The notes beneath the pieces are model-generated. The model was not told where the DNA came from and ran no database searches. It saw only the letters and a list, made by a program, of their open reading frames with translations. DNA of 64,000 bases from Nemertoderma westbladi. Taxonomy: Eukaryota > Animalia > Xenacoelomorpha. Positions 31,345-46,300 of this stretch are shown piece after piece. The stretch is taken from assembly GCA_032718475.1 (NCBI GenBank), contig JAUCBJ010006743.1, forward strand, positions 15,705-79,704, read 5' to 3'. A program made the translations under genes and the position numbers. Positions within the stretch are counted from its first letter, which is position 1. Every line of letters begins with the position of its first letter.

Positions 31345-34300
31345 GATCCCCCGGGTTGTGTTCCAGGACGTCTTTACTGATCCCCCCAGGGGTGTGTTCC
31401 AGAACGTGTTTACTGATCCCCCCCAGGGGTGTGTTCTAGAACGTCTTTACTGATCCCCCCCAGGGGTGTGTTCCAGAACGTCTTTACTGATCCCCCCAGG
31501 GCCAGGGGTGTGTTCCAGAACGTCTTTACTGATCCCCCCAGGGGTGTGTTCCAGAACGTCTTTACTGATCCCCCCCAGGGTGTGTTCCAGAACGTCTTTA
31601 CTGATCCCCCCAGGGCCAGGGGTGTGTTCCAGAACGTCTTTACTGATCCCCCCAGGGGTGTGTTCCAGAACGTCTTTACTGATCCCCTCCAGGGTGTGTT
31701 CCAGAACGTCTTTACTGATCCCCCCCAGGGGTGTGTTCCAGAACGTCTTTACTGATCCCCCCAGGGGTGTGTTCTAGAACGTCTTTACTGATCCCCTCAG
31801 GGGTGTGTTCCAGAACGTCTTTACTGATCCCCCCCCAGGGTGTGTTCCAGAACGTCTTTACTCATCCCCCCCAGGGGTGTGTTCCAGAACGTCTTTACTG
31901 ATCCCCCCCAGGGGTGTGTTCCAGAACGTCTTTACTGATCCCCCCAGGGGTGTGTTCCAGAACGTCTTTACTGATCCCCCCAGGGGTGTGTTCCAGAACG
32001 TCTTTACTGATCTCCTCAGGGGTGTGTTCCAGAACGTCTTTACTGATCCCCCCCCAGGGTGTGTTCCAGAACGTCTTTACTGATCCCCCCCAGGGGTGTG
32101 TTCCAGAACGTCTTTACTGATCCCCCCCCAGGGTGTGTTCCAGAACGTCTTTACTGATCCCCCCCAGGGGTGTGTTCCAGAACGTCTTTACTGATCCCCC
32201 CAGGGGTGTGTTCCAGAACGTCTTTACTGATCTCCTCAGGGGTGTGTTCCAGAACGTCTTTACTGATCCCCCCCCAGGGTGTGTTCCAGAACGTCTTTAC
32301 TGATCCCCCCCAGGGGTGTGTTCCAGAACGTCTTTACTGATCCCCCCAGGGGTGTGTTCCAGAACGTCTTTACTGATCCCCCCCAGGGGTGTGTTCCAGA
32401 ACGTCTTTACTGATCCCCCCAGGGGTGTGTTCCAGAACGTCTTTACTGATCCCCTCAGGGGTGTGTTCCAGAACGTCTTTACTGATCCCCCCCAGGGGTG
32501 TGTTCCAGAACGTCTTTACTGATCCCCTCAGGGGTGTGTTCCAGAACGTCTTTACTGATCCCCCCCAGGGGTGTGTTCCAGAACGTCTTTACTGATCCCC
32601 CCAGGGGTGTGTTCCAGAACGTCTTTACTGATCCCCCCAGGGTGTGTTCCAGAACGTCTTTACTGATCCCCCCAGGGTGTGTTCCAGAACGTCTTTACTG
32701 ATCCCCCCAGGGGTGTGTTCCAGAACGTCTTTACTGATCCCCTCAGGGGTGTGTTCCAGAACGTCTTTACTGATCCCCCCAGGGGTGTGTTCCAGAACGT
32801 CTTTACTGATCCCCTCAGGGGTGTGTTCCAGAACGTCTTTACTGATCCCCCCCAGGGTGTGTTCCAGAACGTCTTTACTGATCCCCCCAGGGGTGTGTTC
32901 CAGAACGTCTTTACTGATCCCCCCCAGGGTGTGTTCCAGAACGTCTTTACTGATCCCCCCAGGGGTGTGTTCCAGAACGTCTTTACTGATCCCCCCAGGG
33001 GTGTGTTCCAGAACGTCTTTACTGATCCCCTCAGGGGTGTGTTCCAGAACGTCTTTACTGATCCCCCCCAGGGGTGTGTTCCAGAACGTCTTTACTGATC
33101 CCCCCCAGGGGTGTGTTCCAGAACGTCTTTACTGATCCCCCCAGGGGTGTGTTCCAGAACGTCTTTACTGATCCCCCCCAGGGGTGTGTTCCAGAACGTC
33201 TTTACTGATCCCCCCAGGGGTGTGTTCCAGAACGTCTTTACTGATCCCCTCAGGGGTGTGTTCCAGAACGTCTTTACTGATCCCCCCCAGGGGTGTGTTC
33301 CAGAACGTCTTTACTGATCCCCCCAGGGGTGTGTTCCAGAACGTCTTTACTGATCCCCTCAGGGGTGTGTTCCAGAACGTCTTTACTGATCCCCCCCAGG
33401 GGTGTGTTCCAGAACGTCTTTACTGATCCCCCCAGGGGTGTGTTCCAGAACGTCTTTACTGATCCCCCCAGGGTGTGTTCCAGAACGTCTTTACTGATCC
33501 CCCCAGGGGTGTGTTCCAGAACGTCTTTACTGATCCCCCCCAGGGGTGTGTTCCAGAACGTCTTTACTGATCCCCCCAGGGGTGTGTTCCAGAACGTCTT
33601 TACTGATCCCCCCAGGGGTGTGTTCCAGAACGTCTTTACTGATCCCCCCAGGGTGTGTTCCAGAACGTCTTTACTGATCCCCCCAGGGGTGTGTTCCAGA
33701 ACGTCTTTACTGATCCCCCCAGGGGTGTGTTCCAGAACGTCTTTACTGATCCCCCCAGGGGTGTGTTCCAGAACGTCTTTACTGATCCCCCCAGGGGTGT
33801 GTTCCAGAACGTCTTTACTGATCCCCCCAGGGGTGTGTTCCAGAACGTCTTTACTGATCCCCTCCAGGGTGTGTTCCAGAACGTCTTTACTGATCCCCCC
33901 CAGGGGTGTGTTCCAGAACGTCTTTACTGATCCCCCCAGGGGTGTGTTCCAGAACGTCTTTACTGATCCCCCCCAGGGGTGTGTTCCAGAACGTCTTTAC
34001 TGATCCCCCCAGGGGTGTGTTCCAGAACGTCTTTACTGATCCCCCCAGGGGTGTGTTCCAGAACGTCTTTACTGATCCCCTCAGGGGTGTGTTCCAGAAC
34101 GTCTTTACTGATCCCCCCCAGGGGTGTGTTCCAGAACGTCTTTACTGATCCCCCCAGGGGTGTGTTCCAGAACGTCTTTACTGATCCCCCCAGGGGTGTG
34201 TTCCAGAACGTCTTTACTGATCCCCTCCAGGGTGTGTTCCAGAACGTCTTTACTGATCCCCCGGGCCAGGTGTGTGTTCCAGAACGTCTTTACTGATCCC

Positions 34301-37300
34301 CCCCAGGGTGTGTTCCAGAACGTCTTTACTGATCCCCCCAGGGGTGTGTTCCAGAACGTCTTTACTGATCCCCTCAGGGGTGTGTTCCAGAACGTCTTTA
34401 CTGATCCCCTCAGGGGTGTGTTCCAGAACGTCTTTACTGATCCCCCCAGGGGTGTGTTCCAGAACGTCTTTACTGATCCCCCCCAGGGGTGTGTTCCAGA
34501 ACGTCTTTACTGATCCCCCCAGGGGTGTGTTCCAGAACGTCTTTACTGATCCCCCCAGGGGTGTGTTCCAGAACGTCTTTACTGATCCCCCCAGGGGTGT
34601 GTTCCAGAACGTCTTTACTGATCCCCTCAGGGGTCTGTTCCAGAACGTCTTTACTGATCCCCTCAGGGGTGTGTTCCAGAACGTCTTTACTGATCCCCCC
34701 AGGGGTGTGTTCCAGAACGTCTTTACTGATCCCCTCAGGGGTGTGTTCCAGAACGTCTTTACTGATCCCCCCCAGGGGTGTGTTCCAGAACGTCTTTACT
34801 GATCCCCCCAGGGGTGTGTTCCAGAACGTCTTTACTGATCCCCCCAGGGTGTGTTCCAGAACGTCTTTACTGATCCCCCCCAGGGTGTGTTCCAGAACGT
34901 CTTTACTGATCCCCCCAGGGGTGTGTTCCAGAACGTCTTTACTGATCCCCCCCAGGGGTGTGTTCCAGAACGTCTTTACTGATCCCCTCAGGGGTGTGTT
35001 CCAGAACGTCTTTACTGATCCCCCCCAGGGGTGTGTTCCAGAACGTCTTTACTGATCCCCCCCAGGGTGTGTTCCAGAACGTCTTTACTGATCCCCCCAG
35101 GGGTGTGTTCCAGAACGTCTTTACTGATCCCCCCCCTCAGGAGTCTGTTCCAGAACGTCTTTACTGATCCCCCCCAGGGGTGTGTTCCAGAACGTCTTTA
35201 CTGATCCCCTCAGGGGTGTGTTCCAGAACGTCTTTACTGATCCCCCCCAGGGGTGTGTTCCAGAACGTCTTTACTGATCCCCCCAGGGGTGTGTTCCAGA
35301 ACGTCTTTACTGATCCCCCCAGGAGTCTGTTCCAGAACGTCTTTACTGATCCCCCTCAGGGGTGTGTTCCAGAACGTCTTTACTGATCCCCTCAGGGGTC
35401 TGTTCCAGAACGTCTTTACTGATCCCCCCAGGGGTCTGTTCCAGAACGTCTTTACTGATCCCCCCAGGGGTGTGTTCCAGAACGTCTTTACTGATCCCCC
35501 CCAGGGGTGTGTTCCAGAACGTCTTTACTGATCCCCCCAGGGGTGTGTTCCAGAACGTCTTTACTGATCCCCTCAGGGGTCTGTTCCAGAACGTCTTTAC
35601 TGATCCCCTCAGGGGTGTGTTCCAGAACGTCTTTACTGATCCCCCCCAGGGTGTGTTCCAGAACGTCTTTACTGATCCCCCCAGGGGTGTGTTCTAGAAC
35701 GTCTTTACTGATCCCCCCCCTCAGGAGTCTGTTCCAGAACGTCTTTACTGATCCCCCCAGGGGTGTGTTCCAGAACGTCTTTACTGATCCCCCCCAGGGG
35801 TGTGTTCCAGAACGTCTTTACTGATCCCCCCCAGGGGTGTGTTCCAGAACGTCTTTACTGATCCCCCCAGGGGTGTGTTCCAGAACGTCTTTACTGATCC
35901 CCCCAGGGGTGTGTTCCAGAACGTCTTTACTGATCCCCCCAGGGGTGTGTTCCAGAACGTCTTTACTGATCCCCCCAGGGTGTGTTCCAGAACGTCTTTA
36001 CTGATCCCCCCAGGGGTGTGTTCTAGAACGTCTTTACTGATCCCCCCCCCCTCAGGAGTCTGTTCCAGAACGTCTTTACTGATCCCCTCAGGGGTGTGTT
36101 CCAGAACGTCTTTACTGATCCCCCCCAGGGGTGTGTTCCAGAACGTCTTTACTGATCCCCCCAGGGGTGTGTTCCAGAACGTCTTTACTGATCCCCTCAG
36201 GGGTGTGTTCCAGAACGTCTTTACTGATCCCCCCAGGGGTGTGTTCCAGAACGTCTTTACTGATCCCCCCAGGGGTGTGTTCCAGAACGTCTTTACTGAT
36301 CCCCCCAGGGGTGTGTTCCAGAACGTCTTTACTGATCCCCCCCAGGGGTGTGTTCCAGAACGTCTTTACTGATCCCCTCAGGGGTCTGTTCCAGAACGTC
36401 TTTACTGATCCCCCCCAGGGGTCTGTTCCAGAACGTCTTTACTGATCCCCCCCAGGGGTGTGTTCCAGAACGTCTTTACTGATCCCCCCCAGGGGTGTGT
36501 TCCAGAACGTCTTTACTGATCCCCTCCAGGGGTGTGTTCCAGAACGTCTTTACTGATCCCCCCAGGGTGTGTTCCAGAACGTCTTTACTGATCCCCCCAG
36601 GGGTGTGTTCCAGAACGTCTTTACTGATCCCCTCAGGGGTCTGTTCCAGAACGTCTTTACTGATCCCCCCAGGGGTGTGTTCCAGAACGTCTTTACTGAT
36701 CCCCCCCAGGGGTGTGTTCCAGAACGTCTTTACTGATCCCCCCAGGGGTCTGTTCCAGAACGTCTTTACTGATCCCCCCAGGGGTGTGTTCCAGAACGTC
36801 TTTACTGATCCCCCCCAGGGGTGTGTTCCAGAACGTCTTTACTGATCCCCTCCAGGGGTGTGTTCCAGAACGTCTTTACTGATCCCCCCAGGGTGTGTTC
36901 CAGAACGTCTTTACTGATCCCCCCAGGGGTGTGTTCTAGAACGTCTTTACTGATCCCCCCTCAGGGGTCTGTTCCAGAACGTCTTTACTGATCCCCCCCA
37001 GGGGTGTGTTCCAGAACGTCTTTACTGATCCCCTCAGGGTGTGTTCCAGAACGTCTTTACTGATCCCCCCAGGGGTGTGTTCCAGAACGTCTTTACTGAT
37101 CCCCCCCAGGGGTGTGTTCCAGAACGTCTTTACTGATCCCCCCAGGGGTGTGTTCCAGAACGTCTTTACTGATCCCCCCCAGGGGTGTGTTCCAGAACGT
37201 CTTTACTGATCCCCCCAGGGGTGTGTTCCAGAACGTCTTTACTGATCCCCCCAGGGGTGTGTTCCAGAACGTCTTTACTGATCCCCCCAGGGGTGTGTTC

Positions 37301-40300
37301 CAGAACGTCTTTACTGATCCCCCCCAGGGGTGTGTTCCAGAACGTCTTTACTGATCCCCTCCAGGGGTGTGTTCCAGAACGTCTTTACTGATCCCCCCCA
37401 GGGTGTGTTCCAGAACGTCTTTACTGATCCCCCCCAGGGGTGTGTTCCAGAACGTCTTTACTGATCCCCCCAGGGGTGTGTTCCAGAACGTCTTTACTGA
37501 TCCCCCCCAGGGGTCTGTTCCAGAACGTCTTTACTGATCCCCCCAGGGGTGTGTTCCAGAACGTCTTTACTGATCCCCCCCAGGGTGTGTTCCAGAACGT
37601 CTTTACTGATCCCCCCAGGGGTGTGTTCCAGAACGTCTTTACTGATCCCCCCAGGGGTGTGTTCCAGAACGTCTTTACTGATCCCCCCCCCCTCAGGAGT
37701 CTGTTCCAGAACGTCTTTACTGATCCCCCCCAGGGGTGTGTTCCAGAACGTCTTTACTGATCCCCTCCAGGGGTGTGTTCCAGAACGTCTTTACTGATCC
37801 CCCCCAGGGGTGTGTTCCAGAACGTCTTTACTGATCCCCCCCAGGGGTGTGTTCCAGAACGTCTTTACTGATCCCCTCAGGGTGTGTTCCAGAACGTCTT
37901 TACTGATCCCCCTCAGGAGTCTGTTCCAGAACGTCTTTACTGATCCCCCCCAGGGGTGTGTTCCAGAACGTCTTTACTGATCCCCCCAGGGGTGTGTTCC
38001 AGAACGTCTTTACTGATCCCCCCCAGGGGTGTGTTCCAGAACGTCTTTACTGATCCCCCCAGGGTGTGTTCCAGAACGTCTTTACTGATCCCCCCAGGGG
38101 TGTGTTCTAGAACGTCTTTACTGATCCCCCCCCCTCAGGAGTCTGTTCCAGAACGTCTTTACTGATCCCCCCAGGGGTGTGTTCCAGAACGTCTTTACTG
38201 ATCCCCCCAGGGGTGTGTTCCAGAACGTCTTTACTGATCCCCCCAGGGTGTGTTCCAGAACGTCTTTACTGATCCCCCCAGGGGTGTGTTCCAGAACGTC
38301 TTTACTGATCCCCCCCCTCAGGAGTCTGTTCCAGAACGTCTTTACTGATCCCCCCCAGGGGTGTGTTCCAGAACGTCTTTACTGATCCCCTCAGGGGTCT
38401 GTTCCAGAACGTCTTTACTGATCCCCCCAGGGGTGTGTTCTAGAACGTCTTTACTGATCCCCCCCAGGGGTGTGTTCCAGAACGTCTTTACTGATCCCCC
38501 CCAGGGGTGTGTTCCAGAACGTCTTTACTGATCCCCTCCAGGGGTGTGTTCCAGAACGTCTTTACTGATCCCCCCCAGGGGTCTGTTCCAGAACGTCTTT
38601 ACTGATCCCCCCCAGGGGTGTGTTCTAGAACGTCTTTACTGATCCCCCCCAGGGGTCTGTTCCAGAACGTCTTTACTGATCCCCCCAGGGGTGTGTTCCA
38701 GAACGTCTTTACTGATCCCCCCCAGGGGTGTGTTCCAGAACGTCTTTACTGATCCCCCCCAGGGGTGTGTTCCAGAACGTCTTTACTGATCCCCCCAGGG
38801 GTGTGTTCCAGAACGTCTTTACTGATCCCCCCCAGGGGTGTGTTCCAGAACGTCTTTACTGATCCCCCCAGGGGTGTGTTCCAGAACGTCTTTACTGATC
38901 CCCCCCAGGGGTGTGTTCCAGAACGTCTTTACTGATCCCCCCAGGGTCTGTTCCAGAACGTCTTTACTGATCCCCCCAGGGGTGTGTTCTAGAACGTCTT
39001 TACTGATCCCCCCCCTCAGGAGTCTGTTCCAGAACGTCTTTACTGATCCCCCCAGGGGTGTGTTCCAGAACGTCTTTACTGATCCCCCCAGGGTGTGTTC
39101 CAGAACGTCTTTACTGATCCCCCCAGGGGTGTGTTCCAGAACGTCTTTACTGATCCCCCCAGGGGTGTGTTCCAGAACGTCTTTACTGATCCCCCCAGGG
39201 TGTGTTCCAGAACGTCTTTACTGATCCCCCCAGGGGTGTGTTCCAGAACGTCTTTACTGATCCCCCCAGGGGTGTGTTCCAGAACGTCTTTACTGATCCC
39301 CCCAGGGGTGTGTTCCAGAACGTCTTTACTGATCCCCCTCAGGGGTGTGTTCCAGAACGTCTTTACTGATCCCCCCCAGGGGTGTGTTCCAGAACGTCTT
39401 TACTGATCCCCCCCCTCAGGAGTCTGTTCCAGAACGTCTTTACTGATCCCCCCAGGGGTGTGTTCCAGAACGTCTTTACTGATCCCCCCAGGGTGTGTTC
39501 CAGAACGTCTTTACTGATCCCCCCAGGGGTGTGTTCCAGAACGTCTTTACTGATCCCCCCAGGGGTGTGTTCCAGAACGTCTTTACTGATCCCCCCCAGG
39601 GGTGTGTTCCAGAACGTCTTTACTGATCCCCCCAGGGGTGTGTTCCAGAACGTCTTTACTGATCCCCCCAGGGGTGTGTTCCAGAACGTCTTTACTGATC
39701 CCCCCAGGGGTGTGTTCCAGAACGTCTTTACTGATCCCCCCAGGGGTGTGTTCCAGAACGTCTTTACTGATCCCCCCCAGGGGTGTGTTCCAGAACGTCT
39801 TTACTGATCCCCCCAGGGGTGTGTTCCAGAACGTCTTTACTGATCCCCCCTCAGGGTCTGTTCCAGAACGTCTTTACTGATCCCCCCAGGGGTGTGTTCC
39901 AGAACGTCTTTACTGATCCCCCCAGGGGTGTGTTCCAGAACGTCTTTACTGATCCCCCCAGGGGTGTGTTCCAGAACGTCTTTACTGATCCCCCCCTCAG
40001 GGTCTGTTCCAGAACGTCTTTACTGATCCCCCCAGGGGTGTGTTCTAGAACGTCTTTACTGATCCCCCCCCTCAGGGGTCTGTTCCAGAACGTCTTTACT
40101 GATCCCCCCAGGGGTGTGTTCCAGAACGTCTTTACTGATCCCCCCAGGGGTGTGTTCCAGAACGTCTTTACTGATCCCCCCAGGGGTGTGTTCCAGAACG
40201 TCTTTACTGATCCCCCCAGGGGTGTGTTCCAGAACGTCTTTACTGATCCCCCCAGGGTGTGTTCCAGAACGTCTTTACTGATCCCCCCAGGGGTGTGTTC

Positions 40301-43300
40301 CAGAACGTCTTTACTGATCCCCCCCAGGGTGTGTTCCAGAACGTCTTTACTGATCCCCCCAGGGGTGTGTTCCAGAACGTCTTTACTGATCCCCCCAGGG
40401 GTGTGTTCCAGAACGTCTTTACTGATCCCCCCAGGGGTGTGTTCCAGAACGTCTTTACTGATCCCCCCAGGGGTGTGTTCCAGAACGTCTTTACTGATCC
40501 CCCCAGGGGTGTGTTCCAGAACGTCTTTACTGATCCCCCCAGGGTGTGTTCCAGAACGTCTTTACTGATCCCCCCAGGGGTGTGTTCCAGAACGTCTTTA
40601 CTGATCCCCCCCAGGGTGTGTTCCAGAACGTCTTTACTGATCCCCCCAGGGGTGTGTTCTAGAACGTCTTTACTGATCCCCCCTCAGGGTCTGTTCCAGA
40701 ACGTCTTTACTGATCCCCCCAGGGGTGTGTTCCAGAACGTCTTTACTGATCCCCCCCAGGGTGTGTTCCAGAACGTCTTTACTGATCCCCCCAGGGTGTG
40801 TTCCAGAACGTCTTTACTGATCCCCCCAGGGGTGTGTTCCAGAACGTCTTTACTGATCCCCCCCAGGGTGTGTTCCAGAACGTCTTTACTGATCCCCCCA
40901 GGGGTGTGTTCCAGAACGTCTTTACTGATCCCCCCCAGGGGTGTGTTCCAGAACGTCTTTACTGATCCCCCCAGGGGTGTGTTCCAGAACGTCTTTACTG
41001 ATCCCCCCAGGGGTGTGTTCCAGAACGTCTTTACTGATCCCCCCAGGGGTGTGTTCCAGAACGTCTTTACTGATCCCCCCAGGGGTGTGTTCCAGAACGT
41101 CTTTACTGATCCCCCCAGGGGTGTGTTCCAGAACGTCTTTACTGATCCCCCCAGGGGTGTGTTCCAGAACGTCTTTACTGATCCCCCCAGGGTGTGTTCC
41201 AGAACGTCTTTACTGATCCCCTCAGGGGTGTGTTCCAGAACGTCTTTACTGATCCCCCCAGGGGTGTGTTCCAGAACGTCTTTACTGATCCCCCCAGGGG
41301 TGTGTTCCAGAACGTCTTTACTGATCCCCCCAGGGGTGTGTTCCAGAACGTCTTTACTGATCCCCCCAGGGGTGTGTTCCAGAACGTCTTTACTGATCCC
41401 CCCCAGGGGTGTGTTCCAGAACGTCTTTACTGATCCCCCCAGGGGTGTGTTCCAGAACGTCTTTACTGATCCCCCCAGGGGTGTGTTCCAGAACGTCTTT
41501 ACTGATCCCCCCAGGGGTGTGTTCCAGAACGTCTTTACTGATCCCCCCAGGGGTGTGTTCCAGAACGTCTTTACTGATCCCCCCAGGGGTGTGTTCCAGA
41601 ACGTCTTTACTGATCCCCCCAGGGGTGTGTTCCAGAACGTCTTTACTGATCCCCCCAGGGGTGTGTTCCAGAACGTCTTTACTGATCCCCCCAGGGGTGT
41701 GTTCCAGAACGTCTTTACTGATCCCCCCAGGGGTGTGTTCCAGAACGTCTTTACTGATCCCCCCAGGGGTGTGTTCCAGAACGTCTTTACTGATCCCCCC
41801 AGGGGTGTGTTCCAGAACGTCTTTACTGATCCCCCCAGGGGTGTGTTCCAGAACGTCTTTACTGATCCCCCCAGGGGTGTGTTCCAGAACGTCTTTACTG
41901 ATCCCCCCAGGGGTGTGTTCCAGAACGTCTTTACTGATCCCCCCAGGGGTGTGTTCCAGAACGTCTTTACTGATCCCCCCAGGGGTGTGTTCCAGAACGT
42001 CTTTACTGATCCCCCCCAGGGGTGTGTTCCAGAACGTCTTTACTGATCCCCCCAGGGTGTGTTCCAGAACGTCTTTACTGATCCCCCCAGGGGTGTGTTC
42101 CAGAACGTCTTTACTGATCCCCCCAGGGGTGTGTTCCAGAACGTCTTTACTGATCCCCCCAGGGGTGTGTTCCAGAACGTCTTTACTGATCCCCCCAGGG
42201 GTGTGTTCCAGAACGTCTTTACTGATCCCCCCAGGGGTGTGTTCCAGAACGTCTTTACTGATCCCCCCAGGGGTGTGTTCCAGAACGTCTTTACTGATCC
42301 CCCCAGGGGTGTGTTCCAGAACGTCTTTACTGATCCCCCCAGGGGTGTGTTCCAGAACGTCTTTACTGATCCCCCCAGGGGTGTGTTCCAGAACGTCTTT
42401 ACTGATCCCCCCAGGGGTGTGTTCCAGAACGTCTTTACTGATCCCCCCAGGGGTGTGTTCCAGAACGTCTTTACTGATCCCCCCAGGGGTGTGTTCCAGA
42501 ACGTCTTTACTGATCCCCCCAGGGGTGTGTTCCAGAACGTCTTTACTGATCCCCCCAGGGGTGTGTTCCAGAACGTCTTTACTGATCCCCCCAGGGGTGT
42601 GTTCCAGAACGTCTTTACTGATCCCCCCAGGGGTGTGTTCCAGAACGTCTTTACTGATCCCCCCAGGGGTGTGTTCCAGAACGTCTTTACTGATCCCCCC
42701 AGGGGTGTGTTCCAGAACGTCTTTACTGATCCCCCCAGGGGTGTGTTCCAGAACGTCTTTACTGATCCCCCCAGGGGTGTGTTCCAGAACGTCTTTACTG
42801 ATCCCCCCAGGGGTGTGTTCCAGAACGTCTTTACTGATCCCCCCAGGGGTGTGTTCCAGAACGTCTTTACTGATCCCCCCAGGGGTGTGTTCCAGAACGT
42901 CTTTACTGATCCCCCCAGGGGTGTGTTCCAGAACGTCTTTACTGATCCCCCCAGGGGTGTGTTCCAGAACGTCTTTACTGATCCCCCCAGGGGTGTGTTC
43001 CAGAACGTCTTTACTGATCCCCCCAGGGGTGTGTTCCAGAACGTCTTTACTGATCCCCCCAGGGGTGTGTTCCAGAACGTCTTTACTGATCCCCCCAGGG
43101 GTGTGTTCCAGAACGTCTTTACTGATCCCCCCAGGGGTGTGTTCCAGAACGTCTTTACTGATCCCCCCAGGGGTGTGTTCCAGAACGTCTTTACTGATCC
43201 CCCCAGGGGTGTGTTCCAGAACGTCTTTACTGATCCCCCCAGGGGTGTGTTCCAGAACGTCTTTACTGATCCCCCCAGGGGTGTGTTCCAGAACGTCTTT

Positions 43301-46300
43301 ACTGATCCCCCCAGGGGTGTGTTCCAGAACGTCTTTACTGATCCCCCCAGGGGTGTGTTCCAGAACGTCTTTACTGATCCCCCCAGGGGTGTGTTCCAGA
43401 ACGTCTTTACTGATCCCCCCAGGGGTGTGTTCCAGAACGTCTTTACTGATCCCCCCAGGGGTGTGTTCCAGAACGTCTTTACTGATCCCCCCAGGGGTGT
43501 GTTCCAGAACGTCTTTACTGATCCCCCCAGGGGTGTGTTCCAGAACGTCTTTACTGATCCCCCCAGGGGTGTGTTCCAGAACGTCTTTACTGATCCCCCC
43601 AGGGGTGTGTTCCAGAACGTCTTTACTGATCCCCCCAGGGGTGTGTTCCAGAACGTCTTTACTGATCCCCCCAGGGGTGTGTTCCAGAACGTCTTTACTG
43701 ATCCCCCCAGGGGTGTGTTCCAGAACGTCTTTACTGATCCCCCCAGGGGTGTGTTCCAGAACGTCTTTACTGATCCCCCCAGGGGTGTGTTCCAGAACGT
43801 CTTTACTGATCCCCCCAGGGGTGTGTTCCAGAACGTCTTTACTGATCCCCCCAGGGGTGTGTTCCAGAACGTCTTTACTGATCCCCCCAGGGGTGTGTTC
43901 CAGAACGTCTTTACTGATCCCCCCAGGGGTGTGTTCCAGAACGTCTTTACTGATCCCCCCAGGGGTGTGTTCCAGAACGTCTTTACTGATCCCCCCAGGG
44001 GTGTGTTCCAGAACGTCTTTACTGATCCCCCCAGGGGTGTGTTCCAGAACGTCTTTACTGATCCCCCCAGGGGTGTGTTCCAGAACGTCTTTACTGATCC
44101 CCCCAGGGGTGTGTTCCAGAACGTCTTTACTGATCCCCCCAGGGGTGTGTTCCAGAACGTCTTTACTGATCCCCCCAGGGGTGTGTTCCAGAACGTCTTT
44201 ACTGATCCCCCCAGGGGTGTGTTCCAGAACGTCTTTACTGATCCCCCCAGGGGTGTGTTCCAGAACGTCTTTACTGATCCCCCCAGGGGTGTGTTCCAGA
44301 ACGTCTTTACTGATCCCCCCAGGGGTGTGTTCCAGAACGTCTTTACTGATCCCCCCAGGGGTGTGTTCCAGAACGTCTTTACTGATCCCCCCAGGGGTGT
44401 GTTCCAGAACGTCTTTACTGATCCCCCCAGGGGTGTGTTCCAGAACGTCTTTACTGATCCCCCCAGGGGTGTGTTCCAGAACGTCTTTACTGATCCCCCC
44501 AGGGGTGTGTTCCAGAACGTCTTTACTGATCCCCCCAGGGGTGTGTTCCAGAACGTCTTTACTGATCCCCCCAGGGGTGTGTTCCAGAACGTCTTTACTG
44601 ATCCCCCCAGGGGTGTGTTCCAGAACGTCTTTACTGATCCCCCCAGGGGTGTGTTCCAGAACGTCTTTACTGATCCCCCCAGGGGTGTGTTCCAGAACGT
44701 CTTTACTGATCCCCCCAGGGGTGTGTTCCAGAACGTCTTTACTGATCCCCCCAGGGGTGTGTTCCAGAACGTCTTTACTGATCCCCCCAGGGGTGTGTTC
44801 CAGAACGTCTTTACTGATCCCCCCAGGGGTGTGTTCCAGAACGTCTTTACTGATCCCCCCAGGGGTGTGTTCCAGAACGTCTTTACTGATCCCCCCAGGG
44901 GTGTGTTCCAGAACGTCTTTACTGATCCCCCCAGGGGTGTGTTCCAGAACGTCTTTACTGATCCCCCCAGGGGTGTGTTCCAGAACGTCTTTACTGATCC
45001 CCCCAGGGGTGTGTTCCAGAACGTCTTTACTGATCCCCCCAGGGGTGTGTTCCAGAACGTCTTTACTGATCCCCCCAGGGGTGTGTTCCAGAACGTCTTT
45101 ACTGATCCCCCCAGGGGTGTGTTCCAGAACGTCTTTACTGATCCCCCCAGGGGTGTGTTCCAGAACGTCTTTACTGATCCCCCCAGGGGTGTGTTCCAGA
45201 ACGTCTTTACTGATCCCCCCAGGGGTGTGTTCCAGAACGTCTTTACTGATCCCCCCAGGGGTGTGTTCCAGAACGTCTTTACTGATCCCCCCAGGGGTGT
45301 GTTCCAGAACGTCTTTACTGATCCCCCCAGGGGTGTGTTCCAGAACGTCTTTACTGATCCCCCCAGGGGTGTGTTCCAGAACGTCTTTACTGATCCCCCC
45401 AGGGGTGTGTTCCAGAACGTCTTTACTGATCCCCCCAGGGGTGTGTTCCAGAACGTCTTTACTGATCCCCCCAGGGGTGTGTTCCAGAACGTCTTTACTG
45501 ATCCCCCCAGGGGTGTGTTCCAGAACGTCTTTACTGATCCCCCCAGGGGTGTGTTCCAGAACGTCTTTACTGATCCCCCCAGGGGTGTGTTCCAGAACGT
45601 CTTTACTGATCCCCCCAGGGGTGTGTTCCAGAACGTCTTTACTGATCCCCCCAGGGGTGTGTTCCAGAACGTCTTTACTGATCCCCCCAGGGGTGTGTTC
45701 CAGAACGTCTTTACTGATCCCCCCAGGGGTGTGTTCCAGAACGTCTTTACTGATCCCCCCAGGGGTGTGTTCCAGAACGTCTTTACTGATCCCCCCAGGG
45801 GTGTGTTCCAGAACGTCTTTACTGATCCCCCCAGGGGTGTGTTCCAGAACGTCTTTACTGATCCCCCCAGGGGTGTGTTCCAGAACGTCTTTACTGATCC
45901 CCCCAGGGGTGTGTTCCAGAACGTCTTTACTGATCCCCCCAGGGGTGTGTTCCAGAACGTCTTTACTGATCCCCCCAGGGGTGTGTTCCAGAACGTCTTT
46001 ACTGATCCCCCCAGGGGTGTGTTCCAGAACGTCTTTACTGATCCCCCCAGGGGTGTGTTCCAGAACGTCTTTACTGATCCCCCCAGGGGTGTGTTCCAGA
46101 ACGTCTTTACTGATCCCCCCAGGGGTGTGTTCCAGAACGTCTTTACTGATCCCCCCAGGGGTGTGTTCCAGAACGTCTTTACTGATCCCCCCAGGGGTGT
46201 GTTCCAGAACGTCTTTACTGATCCCCCCAGGGGTGTGTTCCAGAACGTCTTTACTGATCCCCCCAGGGGTGTGTTCCAGAACGTCTTTACTGATCCCCCC